From the NCBI GenBank assembly GCA_033762275.1, contig JANRLU010000092.1:32479-96478 (forward strand): a stretch of DNA of 64,000 nt, in the 5' to 3' direction. Position 1 is the first letter of the stretch; each line of letters starts with the position of its first letter. The position numbers and the translations under genes are program-made. This DNA comes from Thermonemataceae bacterium. Lineage in GTDB: Bacteria; Bacteroidota; Bacteroidia; Cytophagales; Thermonemataceae. Under the pieces are notes generated by a model. That model did not search any database. It had not been told where the DNA came from and saw nothing but the letters and a program-made list of their open reading frames with translations. This document shows positions 26,410 through 36,714 of this stretch, piece after piece.

Positions 26410-27789
26410 TTATATATTATGGTGATAACTTTCTTCTAACATTGGGTGATTTTTAGCTACAACAAGGGCTTTAGAAAGAGTAGTAGCGAAAACATACACA
26501 AAAGCTGAGGCAAAAAGTAGTAAAGTGCCTATTTCAAGAATAAAGAACCCTCCATTTCCTTTGGTAGTGCCTGGCATAATCATTACAAAGAAATCTAAGT
26601 AATGCCCCGCTAAAATACCAAAAGCCGTTACTTTTAAGAAGATAGTTTTTCTTTTAGCATCTCTTGTCATCAAAAACAAGAAAGGGAAAGCAAAATTCAC
26701 AATCACGTTAAAAATAATGAGAGGAGAGTAAACACCTTCCAAGCCGTCCATTCTTTCGTCCCAATAAATAGTTTCCTCTGGAATATTTGAATAACTCTGT
26801 AGTAAAAATTGTGAGAACCAGATATAAGCCCAAAATATGCTAAACCCAAACATAAACTTGCCCAAATCGTGTAAATGGTTCTCATTAACCATTTTAAGGT
26901 AGCCTTGCTCTTTGAGATAAACTACAGCTAAAGTAAGTACAGCTAAAGCTGATACCCAAGAACTTGCAAAAACATACCAACCATACATTGTACTGTACCA
27001 ATGAGGGTCTATACTCATAATCCAATCCCAAGCAGAAGTTGATTCTGTATAGCCGAAAATTACAATAAAAATAGCTCCAAAGGTAATATTCTTTTTATGA
27101 TAAGTGTAATCACCTTTTTCTGTCAAGAAATCCTCCTTAATAGACATATTTCTGATAACACGGTACATTCCGTACCATACCCCTATATAAAGTAGCGTTC
27201 TGAAAACCCAAAAGAATGGGAAAGAACCAGCCTCCAAGGGAAAAAAGAAATAAGCTGATTTGGCGTTCAAGATTTTATCAAAAGTAGGTTTGCCTTTTTC
27301 GTAAAGGTCGTGATGTGTCCAGTGAAATAAGTCGTGCCCACCTACAAAGAAAACAACCAATAAAATAGCTCCCGCAATAGGAATAAAAGCCCCAAAAGAC
27401 TCTGCTACCCTGCGTATACCCGCCGACCAGCCCGCATAGGCTACATACTGTACAGCAACAAAGAATACACCCATTACAGAGATATACATAAAGAATGTAC
27501 TATTAAGCCATAGATTAGCCCAAACTCTTGTAAGAGGGTTGTAATGATGTTCTGCCTGATGAGCTTCTTTTCCTGCTTCTTGATGTTGTTGTTTTCCTTC
27601 AACTTTATGAGTATCCTCTTTACCTTTGTGGGTTTCGTGATGAGAACCAACCCCAGTATACACCAATACTGCCCCTACCACAAACAAAATAAGCCCAACG
27701 ACCATTGCTATAAGCAAGTTTTTCTTCTGACCTGCCGTAAAAACGTATTTTTGGTCTAAGTCGTAATGTATATGATGAACATCTGCCAT
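26410..27789 (-). CDS. actF: alternative complex III subunit ActF (NrfD-like quinol-binding membrane subunit 2)
   Basis: 459 aa polytopic membrane protein, placed after actE as in known ACIII operons. Confidence 0.8.
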   Translation of the reverse strand: MADVHHIHYDLDQKYVFTAGQKKNLLIAMVVGLILFVVGAVLVYTGVGSHHETHKGKEDTHKVEGKQQHQEAGKEAHQAEHHYNPLTRVWANLWLNSTFFMYISVMGVFFVAVQYVAYAGWSAGIRRVAESFGAFIPIAGAILLVVFFVGGHDLFHWTHHDLYEKGKPTFDKILNAKSAYFFFPLEAGSFPFFWVFRTLLYIGVWYGMYRVIRNMSIKEDFLTEKGDYTYHKKNITFGAIFIVIFGYTESTSAWDWIMSIDPHWYSTMYGWYVFASSWVSALAVLTLAVVYLKEQGYLKMVNENHLHDLGKFMFGFSIFWAYIWFSQFLLQSYSNIPEETIYWDERMDGLEGVYSPLIIFNVIVNFAFPFLFLMTRDAKRKTIFLKVTAFGILAGHYLDFFVMIMPGTTKGNGGFFILEIGTLLLFASAFVYVFATTLSKALVVAKNHPMLEESYHHNI

Positions 27790-27824
27790 AATTCAAGTTA
27801 AGTTTATTGTTTTTGAAAGTGAGG

Positions 27825-28487
27825 TTATTTTTTTTGCGTGGTATCCTTTGCTATTGCTGTGCCATCAGGGTTAATTTGCCCTTGCAAAGTATGTACATAG
27901 TTTACGATTTTCCATCGTTCCAAAGCATTCATTTGCGAAGCGTGAGCCCACATTCTACCCTTTCCATGTGTTATTACGTGAAAAATGTGCCCTCCATTTA
28001 CTTTTGCAATAGCTCCACCTGTCAAATTAGCCACACCACCATATTTTTGTCCTACCAAACCATCACCTTTACCTCCCTCGCCATGACAATGTTGGCAGTA
28101 ATAACCATAAAGTTCCTTGCCTTCGGCGAGAGTTTCTTTATTGGCAGGTACGGGATTTAACAGTATTCTTGAGGCTTGCTCTAAACTATCTTTATGAATG
28201 TTATAAACCATTAAACCCATGTCATAAGTTTTTCCTGAAGCATCAGTATAAGTAGTAGCATAGTTTCTGCGAGCTACCGTTCCCTTTGCCGAGTTTCTCA
28301 TATTCAAGCCCATTGGGTTGATTTTGTTAGCACTATCAGCAACTTGACTATAAGGGTCGTAAGCTAAAGAAACATACATATTGGGAGAGAACTCTGTGCC
28401 CGGATCTTCATTGCCTCTCTCACAAGAAACCAGTAACAAAGACGAAGCTCCCAAAAATAAACTCAATATATGTCTATAAATTTTCAT
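27825..28487 (-). CDS. actE: alternative complex III subunit ActE (monohaem cytochrome c lipoprotein)
   Basis: Signal peptide plus Cys (LLVSC) and a single CQHCH haem motif. Confidence 0.85.
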   Translation of the reverse strand: MKIYRHILSLFLGASSLLLVSCERGNEDPGTEFSPNMYVSLAYDPYSQVADSANKINPMGLNMRNSAKGTVARRNYATTYTDASGKTYDMGLMVYNIHKDSLEQASRILLNPVPANKETLAEGKELYGYYCQHCHGEGGKGDGLVGQKYGGVANLTGGAIAKVNGGHIFHVITHGKGRMWAHASQMNALERWKIVNYVHTLQGQINPDGTAIAKDTTQKK

Positions 28488-28513
28488 TTTTTTGTTCTTA
28501 ATTGATAAAACAC

Positions 28514-29050
28514 CTATTTTTCTACAATTTTAGATGCTTCAGAAGCACCATGTTTAGCAAGGATTTGCTCTATTTCACTCTGTGGCTTAGTATTTTTTTC
28601 CAGATCTATCACCATTACGTATTTATCGTCTGTGCTTCTTCTATCAAACATAAATTCCTTTTTTCCTGGTCCCATAAAGTTAGAAATCAAGAAAGTAGCA
28701 ACCATACCAAGAGCAGCTATGAGTACAGTCGCCTCAAAAGTAACAGGTACCATTGTAGGAGGATAAAAGTTATTTTTACCACCAATTATCATAGGCCAAT
28801 CAATTTTCATCATAAAGGTAATCATCGTGATAGCCAGCGTTGTACCTGTCGCCCCAAACATAAAAGCTGCAATAGGAATGCGTGTTCTTGGATGCCCTAA
28901 GTACACATCAATATGGTGAATAGGGTGAGGGGAATAAACTTCTTCTATTTTTACCCCGTCATGTTGTACCTTTTTTACCGCTTCTACAACTGTTTCCTCG
29001 TGGTCATAAATTCCCACCAAATATTTCTTTTTATCTATCGTTTTAGCCAT
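28514..29050 (-). CDS. actD: alternative complex III subunit ActD (DUF3341-type membrane protein)
   Basis: 178 aa with two TM helices. Assigned by size and by position between actC and actE. Confidence 0.8.
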   Translation of the reverse strand: MAKTIDKKKYLVGIYDHEETVVEAVKKVQHDGVKIEEVYSPHPIHHIDVYLGHPRTRIPIAAFMFGATGTTLAITMITFMMKIDWPMIIGGKNNFYPPTMVPVTFEATVLIAALGMVATFLISNFMGPGKKEFMFDRRSTDDKYVMVIDLEKNTKPQSEIEQILAKHGASEASKIVEK

Positions 29051-29068
29051 TTTTCTATTATTTTTAGA

Positions 29069-30580
29069 TTATTCAATACCTTTATCGTAAGAAGGAGAAG
29101 CCTTCATTGGCTCAGCACCACCAGTTGCCAAATGAGCTAAAGCTTTCGCCTTTGCTTTTTCATCAGAAGAATTCAATACAGTTTTTACTTCAGCCATATT
29201 GATAACAGGCAAGTATTTGGCAAATAAGAAGAAACAAACAAAGAATAAACCGAAAGTGAATACATAATCCCCTACATCATAAATGGTAGGGCGGAAGTAT
29301 GTCCAACTTGAAGGAATATAATCTCTATGTAAGGAAGTTACAATGATTACAAAACGCTCAAACCACATACCAATATTTACCACAATAGAAAGCACAAAAG
29401 TCCAAATCAGGTTTCTACGAATACTTCTAAACCAGAACAACTGAGGAGAAATTACGTTACAAGCCATCATAGAGAAATAAGCCCACCAATAAGGACCGAA
29501 AGCCCTATTGATAAAAGCATAACTTTCATTTTCTACACCAGAATACCAAGCTATGAAAAACTCTGTAATATAAGCCACACCTACAATAGAACCTGTAAGC
29601 ATTACTATTTTATTCATTAGCTCAATATGTTCCATTGTAATATAATCTTCCAATTTATACACAACCCTTGTAACAAGCATCAATGTAAGTACCATCGCAA
29701 ACCCTGAGAAGATAGCACCTGCCACAAAGTAAGGAGGAAATATAGTTGTATGCCAACCAGGAATTACCGAAGTAGCAAAGTCCATACTTACAATTGTATG
29801 TACAGAAAGTACAAGTGGGGTAGATAATCCTGCCAAGATAAGAGCTACATACTCATATCTTGCCCAAACCTTAGCTCCACCTTCCCAGCCAAAAGCCAAG
29901 AAACCATATACAAACGCAGCTATATCACGTCTTTTCTTTCTTTTTTCACTTCTCTCCAAATGACTATCTGTAGGTGAATAGGGGTTTTCCAATATTGTCA
30001 TCTTAGCTCTATCACGGATAGTAGCCAAATCAGGAATAAGCCCTACATACCAAAATACCAAAGAAACTGTAAGATACGTAGAAATAGCAAAAACGTCCCA
30101 TACCAATGGTGAATGGAAGTTTACCCATAAAGAGCCATAAGTGTTTGGAAGTGGTAAAGCCCAATGAGCCAACCAAGTACGCCCCATGTGCATCAAAATG
30201 AAAGTACCTGCACACAATACGGCAAATATTGTCATCGCTTCTGCGGCACGGTTGATAGAAGTTCTCCATTTTTGACGGAAAAGCAAAAGTATCGCTGAAA
30301 TCAAAGTCCCTGCGTGACCAATACCTACCCACCACACGAAATTGGTAATGTCCCAAGCCCAACCTACTGTTTTATTAAGTCCCCAAACACCAATTCCGTA
30401 CCACCAAGTTTGAGCTAAAGAAATTGCTCCTATTACGAAAAGCACCAATGAAAAACCGAAAGCAATCATCCAAGATGTACTTGGTTTTTCTTCCACTCTT
30501 TTACAGATGTCCTCTGTGATGTCGTGCATCGTTTTGCCACCTGTAACGAGGGGTTCTCTTATGGCTGATGTTACTTGCAT
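29069..30580 (-). CDS. actC: alternative complex III subunit ActC (NrfD/PsrC-like quinol oxidase subunit)
   Basis: 503 aa polytopic protein of the NrfD family, following actB. Confidence 0.9.
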   Translation of the reverse strand: MQVTSAIREPLVTGGKTMHDITEDICKRVEEKPSTSWMIAFGFSLVLFVIGAISLAQTWWYGIGVWGLNKTVGWAWDITNFVWWVGIGHAGTLISAILLLFRQKWRTSINRAAEAMTIFAVLCAGTFILMHMGRTWLAHWALPLPNTYGSLWVNFHSPLVWDVFAISTYLTVSLVFWYVGLIPDLATIRDRAKMTILENPYSPTDSHLERSEKRKKRRDIAAFVYGFLAFGWEGGAKVWARYEYVALILAGLSTPLVLSVHTIVSMDFATSVIPGWHTTIFPPYFVAGAIFSGFAMVLTLMLVTRVVYKLEDYITMEHIELMNKIVMLTGSIVGVAYITEFFIAWYSGVENESYAFINRAFGPYWWAYFSMMACNVISPQLFWFRSIRRNLIWTFVLSIVVNIGMWFERFVIIVTSLHRDYIPSSWTYFRPTIYDVGDYVFTFGLFFVCFFLFAKYLPVINMAEVKTVLNSSDEKAKAKALAHLATGGAEPMKASPSYDKGIE

Positions 30581-30604
30581 AATGATATTTTGTTAATTTA
30601 AAAG

Positions 30605-33600
30605 TTAAGCCTTATTTCTTATTTTAGCTAAATAAGTAATATTTGATTTCACGTTGATTTCCTCCAAGAGATGATAAGCTCTCTCCTCACCAAGTACAAT
30701 GTCCTTTTTCTCATTTTTAGTAACACCTATTACTTTTGAGATTTCGCTTTCAGGGTCATTCATATCACCAAATATTATTCCCCCTACCGAGCAAGCCTGC
30801 TGACAAGCAACTTTTACTTCTCCATCTTTAATCTTACGTTTTTCTTTCTTGGCAGTAAGTTTAGCCTCCTGAATACGTTGTACACAAAGAGAGCATTTTT
30901 CCATCACCCCACGAGAACGCACTGTTACATCAGGATTAAGAACCATTCTTCCTAAATCTGATTGAGACATAAAGTTCACAGTTATAAATTTCTCATCATT
31001 GGTGTAATTGAACCAATTGAATCGGCGAACTTTGAAAGGACAGTTATTAGCACAATAACGCGTACCTATACAACGGTTGTAGGTCATTTGATTTAAACCT
31101 TCCGAACTGTGGGTAGTAGCCACTACAGGGCAAACAGTCTCACAAGGAGCATTATTACAGTGTTGGCACATTACTGGTAAGAAAACTACTTCTGGGTTTT
31201 CAGAAGCCTCCTCCATTTTCTGATAGCCACTGACGCTTTTATCGTCTAAATCTGCATCTGTACTATAATAACGGTCTATGCGAATCCAATGCATCTCACG
31301 AGCATTGATAACTTCTTGTTTTCCAACTACGGGAACGTTGTTCTCTACCTGACAAGCTATTACGCAAGCTCCACAACCCGTACAAGCATTGAGGTCTATG
31401 GCAAGCCCCCACCAGTGATTCTTATTATAGGCTTCTTCGTGCCCTTTCCACATAGTTATCTCCGTAGGTTTTTTGAGTCCCTCTGAAGTTTGGATAAGCA
31501 CGTCATATTTTTCACGTATAACTTTTGGATTTTTTGTGTACTCAGTGAGTTTTGCTTCTCTCACGTGCCCACGTCCCATTAAAGTCTGGTGTGTTTGGGT
31601 AAGAGCTATCTCTATTTTTCCTTCTGATTTCGCCACCGCCACATCAAAAGCGGCATACATTAAACTTCCATCTTTGAAAGCTACCATAGGATAGGCACTT
31701 TGTCCAATACCATCAGCACATTTTCCTGCTGCTGAACGCCCGTATCCTAAGGCGATAGAGATTGTATTTTTTTGTTGCCCTGGTTGTATCAATGCAGGCA
31801 AAGTGATTGTATTACTTCCTAGAGTAACTTTGAGCATATCTCCTGTGGCAACTCCTAACTGATTTGCAAGAGATTTAGACACACAAACATAATTGTCCCA
31901 AGTGGCTTTAGTGATGGGGTCTGGAAGTTCTTGCAACCAAGGATTATTAGCCATTGCACCACTTCCCAAACCTATTTTTTGGTAAATAGCAAGTTCCATT
32001 TTATTATTATCAGCCTTGTAAGTGGCAGCTACCGCAGAAGCCGCAGCACTTGCATCACCTTTGAAAGAAGTACTTGCTACAAGAGTTTGAGTTTTTTCAT
32101 CTTGTTTTTTCTCCACTTTTTTATCAGAAGACGTAGTATCCTTTGTCTCAGTTTGAGGGGCTACCAAGGCGTTTGCCTCATAAATTCCATCGTGTAGAGC
32201 CTTTATCCAAGCATCTTCAAAATTTTGTCCTTTAAAAATATTATTTTTCCAAAAATTTCTCAAGTAATCGTAATACGTGGTATTTGAACCAGCGTACTTG
32301 AGCAAAGAATCTTGTGCTTGTCTTGTTCCTTCTGGATAGATAGGCGTTATGGCAGGTTGTGCCAAGCTAAACTGCCCTGCATAGGGTTGGGCATCATTCC
32401 AAGACTCTAAATAATTGGTATCTGGTGCTACAAATTTGCATAATTTTGCTGTCTCATCTAATCTATCAGCAAAAGAAAGTGTGAAAGCCACTTTTTTGAG
32501 AGCTTCAGCTATTTCCTTACCTTTGGGATAGTCATAAACAGGATTTGCTCCGTAGAAAATAACTCCTCCTACATTACCCGCTTTTAAATCCTCAACAAAT
32601 TTAGTCATTTCCTCATCATTTCCTTGCTTGAGGTAGCTTGGCTTAGAAATATCGATGGTATTACCATAATTGCTAAGATTATCATTGATGGCATTTACCA
32701 GCACTTGCACATTAACGTCATTAGAAGAGCAAACTAATAGAGATTTTCCTCTCGCTGCCTTGAGGTCTTCTGCTGCTTTCTTTACTTTTTCAGCGATATT
32801 TTTATCACTAATAGCTGATGTATTGGCTCCGCCTACGATTTCGTTGTACAACATAGCCACTATTATGCCTTCTTGAGAAGGACGAATAGCCACACGATAA
32901 TCAGCATTAGCTCCTGTCAAAGACATACCACTCTCAAATTGATAGTGTCTTGACATTGATTTATTTTCTTTATTTATTTTTCTACCTTGTACATACTGAT
33001 TTCCATACTCTATGGAAGAAAGCCAAGTTCCCAAAAAGTCCGCATTTACGCTTACTATTATTTCTGCCTTACTAAAATCATAGGTAGGAATAGCATAAGT
33101 ACCAAAAGATTTTTCATTTGCTTTCAATATACCGTAAGCCGAAACAGCATCATAACTAATATGCTTGGTGTTTGGATATTTTTTGGCAAAATCAGCGATA
33201 ACAGCCTTAGTAGAAGGGCTGATAATCGTCTGGCTCAAAATATAAACAGTAGAGGAAGCACTTTGCAGAGCAGCCAATACCTTTTTATCCAAATCATTCA
33301 TTTTTACTTTCTTACCGCTTTCCATAAAGCTATCTATACGAGCTAAGTCGTAAAGATTAAGGACAGAGGCTTGCACACGTGCCGAAGTTCCACCTTTTGT
33401 TACTTTAGATAAAGTATTTCCTTCTATTTTGATAGGACGTCCTTCACGAGTTTTTACCAGAATACTGCTATACTCTCCATCTTGAAAGTAAGTACTTGCA
33501 TAATAGTTAGGGATACTTGGATCTATATCTTCGGGTTTGTTGAGATAAGGAATGGCTTTTTTTACAGGGGCTTCGCAAGCAGCCAAAGACACTGCCGCCA

Positions 33601-33766
33601 TACCAAAGCCCATTAGTTTTAGGAAATCGCGACGAGAAGTATTGTTATTTTCGTCTTTTTCGGCAAGAGGCAGAAAATCGGGAAATTCGTTTTCTGCTTT
33701 CTTTACAAATTCTATATCATTGGTGAGTTCATCAAAACCTTTCCAATATTTTTTATTATTTTCCAT
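30605..33766 (-). CDS. actB: alternative complex III subunit ActB (molybdopterin-oxidoreductase-like + 4Fe-4S ferredoxin fusion)
   Basis: 1053 aa with the Tat motif SRRDFLKLMGF. The C-terminal part carries several ferredoxin Cys clusters (CTGCGACVIAC, CQHCNNAPC, CIGTRYCANNC). Confidence 0.9.
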   Translation of the reverse strand: MENNKKYWKGFDELTNDIEFVKKAENEFPDFLPLAEKDENNNTSRRDFLKLMGFGMAAVSLAACEAPVKKAIPYLNKPEDIDPSIPNYYASTYFQDGEYSSILVKTREGRPIKIEGNTLSKVTKGGTSARVQASVLNLYDLARIDSFMESGKKVKMNDLDKKVLAALQSASSTVYILSQTIISPSTKAVIADFAKKYPNTKHISYDAVSAYGILKANEKSFGTYAIPTYDFSKAEIIVSVNADFLGTWLSSIEYGNQYVQGRKINKENKSMSRHYQFESGMSLTGANADYRVAIRPSQEGIIVAMLYNEIVGGANTSAISDKNIAEKVKKAAEDLKAARGKSLLVCSSNDVNVQVLVNAINDNLSNYGNTIDISKPSYLKQGNDEEMTKFVEDLKAGNVGGVIFYGANPVYDYPKGKEIAEALKKVAFTLSFADRLDETAKLCKFVAPDTNYLESWNDAQPYAGQFSLAQPAITPIYPEGTRQAQDSLLKYAGSNTTYYDYLRNFWKNNIFKGQNFEDAWIKALHDGIYEANALVAPQTETKDTTSSDKKVEKKQDEKTQTLVASTSFKGDASAAASAVAATYKADNNKMELAIYQKIGLGSGAMANNPWLQELPDPITKATWDNYVCVSKSLANQLGVATGDMLKVTLGSNTITLPALIQPGQQKNTISIALGYGRSAAGKCADGIGQSAYPMVAFKDGSLMYAAFDVAVAKSEGKIEIALTQTHQTLMGRGHVREAKLTEYTKNPKVIREKYDVLIQTSEGLKKPTEITMWKGHEEAYNKNHWWGLAIDLNACTGCGACVIACQVENNVPVVGKQEVINAREMHWIRIDRYYSTDADLDDKSVSGYQKMEEASENPEVVFLPVMCQHCNNAPCETVCPVVATTHSSEGLNQMTYNRCIGTRYCANNCPFKVRRFNWFNYTNDEKFITVNFMSQSDLGRMVLNPDVTVRSRGVMEKCSLCVQRIQEAKLTAKKEKRKIKDGEVKVACQQACSVGGIIFGDMNDPESEISKVIGVTKNEKKDIVLGEERAYHLLEEINVKSNITYLAKIRNKA

Positions 33767-33811
33767 ATTGCAAAAAATATTCAGATTAAAATTTAGTTAG
33801 ACAGAGAAATA

Positions 33812-35092
33812 TTAGTAGTGGCATTTAGAACATTCTAAACCTCCAATGTCCTCTACTTTAAATTTAGTATTACCTTTGGATTTATGGAAAGCTACAAGTT
33901 TCTCATAATAAGGGTTTAATACATTTTTACCGTCTCCATCTTTGGCAGTATAGCTAACCAGCGTTTGTCTGTGGCAATCTATACACCAGCCCATAGTGAG
34001 AGGCGAACGTTGTTGCACAACTTCCATCTCTTCTATCTTGCCGTGGCATTGTTCGCAGGCTACTTTTCCAGCTACAGTATGCTGAGAGTGATTGAAATAT
34101 ACTAAATCGGGTAGATTATGAACACGTACCCACTGAATAGGCTTATTTTCTTCTATTGCTGCATATATTTTCTGAATTTCTGGCGAAGCATTTCTAATTT
34201 GATTATGACAATTCATACAAATATTAGCTGAAGGAATACTTGCTGATTTAGCCTTCATCACTGTTGTATGGCAGTACTGACAAGCTATTTGATACTTACC
34301 GATATGTAGTTTGTGTGAGAAAGGGATAGGTTGTGTAGGGGCGTATCCTTGTTGCATACCTATATCCATTACCTTATCTATACCTGCTTTCGCTACAAAT
34401 AAAAACACGATAGCTGTAATTGTACCCAAAAACGCCTTACTACCGAAAATCTTGCCTATATCTAATTTTTGCGTAATAATTTCTTTATCCGCTTCATCTA
34501 AATCTGTACGCTGATTGAGCATACGCGTAAGTAAAGATGTAAGTACTAATAGAACTGCCATCACCACTAATAATACCACAACCAAAGCTCCCAAAATAAT
34601 ATTGGTATAACCTCCATCATTGGCAGTAGCTGTTGTAGCATTAGCATCACTCGTAGCCGTAGGTTTAGCCTCTACGGGAGCTTTCGTACTCTCCTCTTCT
34701 ATATAAGCTAAGATTCCTTTGATGTCTTCATCTTTAAAATCGGGAAAGGAATTCATTGCTATTTGATTCCACTTCTGATAAAGTTGAACAGCATCAGCAT
34801 CACCGCTTTTTATGAGTGATTGTGAGTTACGAATCCATTTGAGTAGCCAATCCTCTTTCCGTCTTTTGGTTACATCTTTGAGAGCTGGACCTGTAGCATC
34901 TGCGTGGATTTTGTGGCAACTTGCACAGTTTTGGGAGAACAATTCCTTACCCTTGGCGGCGTCTCCTTTACCTGCTGCCGCTTTGGCATCATCGGGTTTG
35001 GGCTGGGCAAAAGCCACTTGCGTGCATAGGATAAAGAGTATTAGCGATAAGGCTAATTTTTTTACATCCTGAATGAAGTTAGAGTACTGCAT
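33812..35092 (-). CDS. actA: alternative complex III subunit ActA (multihaem cytochrome c) with an extra N-terminal class I cytochrome c domain
   Basis: Six CxxCH motifs: CASCH, CQYCH, CMNCH, CEQCH, CIDCH, CSKCH. A TM helix (ILGALVVVLLVVMAVLLVL) separates the first motif from the other five. Confidence 0.9.
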   Translation of the reverse strand: MQYSNFIQDVKKLALSLILFILCTQVAFAQPKPDDAKAAAGKGDAAKGKELFSQNCASCHKIHADATGPALKDVTKRRKEDWLLKWIRNSQSLIKSGDADAVQLYQKWNQIAMNSFPDFKDEDIKGILAYIEEESTKAPVEAKPTATSDANATTATANDGGYTNIILGALVVVLLVVMAVLLVLTSLLTRMLNQRTDLDEADKEIITQKLDIGKIFGSKAFLGTITAIVFLFVAKAGIDKVMDIGMQQGYAPTQPIPFSHKLHIGKYQIACQYCHTTVMKAKSASIPSANICMNCHNQIRNASPEIQKIYAAIEENKPIQWVRVHNLPDLVYFNHSQHTVAGKVACEQCHGKIEEMEVVQQRSPLTMGWCIDCHRQTLVSYTAKDGDGKNVLNPYYEKLVAFHKSKGNTKFKVEDIGGLECSKCHY

Positions 35093-35129
35093 AGATATTA
35101 GATATGTTAAATCAGTTTTTTTAACCTTA

Positions 35130-35159
35130 CAAAAATAATAGGCGTTTTTTTATTCGCAA
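35130..35159 (-). promoter_or_regulatory. TTG-N19-TAttTTTG promoter for the actA-coxA operon
   Basis: On the plus strand, CAAAAATA at 35130-35137 and CAA at 35157-35159, with a 19-nt spacer. It lies 38 nt upstream of the actA ATG. Confidence 0.4.
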
Positions 35160-35402
35160 ACTACATTTAAAACAAATTTGCTATTTGAGAGAGTTTTTTT
35201 GAGCAAAAAAGTTTAAATACCTAATTATCAGAAAATTAAGTATTTTTCAAATAGTAATTTAGAATTTTTCTAAACAAAATATATAATGGCTCGTACGGTG
35301 GTCTTACTTTATCTCATTAAAATTTCATTTGCTTATTATTTTGAAAAAAAAATAATATTAGCCAGATTTACAAAAAAATTAATTTTTTAAATTTAACTAT
35401 TT

Positions 35403-35822
35403 ATGCAAACTAACAGAACATTCTCAATGATTAAACCTGATGCCGTAGAGGCAGGTAATATTGGGGCTATTTTGAAAATGATGGAGGAAAATGGCTTTAG
35501 AATAGTCGCTATGCGAATGACGAAGCTATCCAAACAAAGAGCAGGGCAGTTTTATGAAGTGCACAAAGAAAGACCTTTCTATAATGATTTGTGTGAGTAT
35601 ATGTCTTCAGGGCATATCGTTGCTCTTATTTTGGAGAAAGAAAATGCTGTTGCCGATTTCCGCAAACTGATAGGAGCTACTAATCCCGCTAATGCTGAGG
35701 AAGGTACTATCCGTAGGTTATTTGCCAAATCCATCGAAGCCAATGCTGTTCACGGCTCAGACTCCGACGAAAACGCCGCCATAGAAGGAGCTTTTTTCTT
35801 CTCTAAAATGCAACAATACTAA
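35403..35822 (+). CDS. ndk: nucleoside diphosphate kinase
   Basis: 139 aa with [11 protein letters not shown] and NAVHGSDS (active-site His). Confidence 0.95.
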   Translation: MQTNRTFSMIKPDAVEAGNIGAILKMMEENGFRIVAMRMTKLSKQRAGQFYEVHKERPFYNDLCEYMSSGHIVALILEKENAVADFRKLIGATNPANAEEGTIRRLFAKSIEANAVHGSDSDENAAIEGAFFFSKMQQY

Positions 35823-35956
35823 TTGGTTTATCTAACATTTCGGTTTTGGTTGCTAATCGAAGCCGATGCACAATCAATAATTTGTTGGACTTTAGAATAA
35901 TTTTGTAATACACCTTACAAAAAGTTGCTCTTTATTAGGTATAATAGACAGTATAT

Positions 35957-36004
35957 AAAATAGAAAGGCTTACTGATACAATTACCAATAAGCCTTTCTA
36001 TTTT
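35957..36004. terminator. bidirectional terminator hairpin
   Basis: AAAATAGAAAGGCTTA ... TAAGCCTTTCTATTTT between convergent ndk and the fasciclin gene. Confidence 0.55.
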
Positions 36005-36019
36005 ATTGAAAATATGTTT

Positions 36020-36429
36020 CTATTTGGGCATCATTACTTTATCAATAAAGTGCACAGCACCATTAGAAGCAGCAGCATCAGCGGTTGTTACGTGAGCATT
36101 CCCCACCATCACTTTGCCATCTTTTACAGATACTTTCAATTTCCCCCCTCTACAGTAGTAAGCTCCTGTCCATCTTTAAGTTCAGCAGCCATATGTTTAC
36201 CACTTACCACGTGATAATTAAGCACTTTGGCAAGCTTAGCTTTATTTTCAGGTTTCAGTAAGTTGTCCACATCTTTCTGAATGGCACTAAAAGCGGCATC
36301 GGTTGGGGCAAATACTGTGAAAGGACCTTTTCCTTCGAGAGTTTCCACTAATCCCGCTGCTTTTACAGCGGCGGCGAGTGTTTTGGCACTTTCTGTTGCC
36401 AAAGCCACAATGTTTTTGGTTGCGTCCAT
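36020..36429 (-). pseudogene. single-domain fasciclin (FAS1) gene split by a frameshift in a C6/G6 run
   Basis: The 97-aa ORF ends ..TTVEGGN*. The next frame continues [40 protein letters not shown]. One extra G in the run at 36143-36148 would fuse them into an intact ~136-aa FAS1 domain. Confidence 0.7.
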
Positions 36430-36615
36430 AATTTGGAAAAATTTAAGTGATTGTAGATATTCTACGCAACAAAGTTGAGTAAAATAGACTCATAAATGTT
36501 ACACACAAATCAGAATGTCTTACATAAATTAGGGTTATTATATTTTCTCCATTCTCACTTTTTACAAAATATTGATTATCAGTATTTTATACTTTATAAT
36601 TATTCTAAAGTATAG

Positions 36616-36663
36616 TTTTTTTGTTTTTTTGTTTTTTTGTTTTTTTGTTTTTTTGTTTTTTTG
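36616..36663. repeat. 8-bp microsatellite (TTTTTTTG)x6
   Basis: Direct reading. It lies in the divergent intergenic region between the fasciclin gene and the 36715 gene. Confidence 0.9.
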
Positions 36664-36714
36664 TGTTAAGGTCGTTGCAACACCGAGTAATTCTTTTCAC
36701 AAAAACTTAAAAAA

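Noticed and set aside
27807-30362. Antisense ORFs (117 aa, 132 aa, 75 aa) and an alternate-frame sense ORF (110 aa) overlapping actE, actD and actC
   Set aside because: They fall within strongly supported act genes and have no motifs and biased composition.
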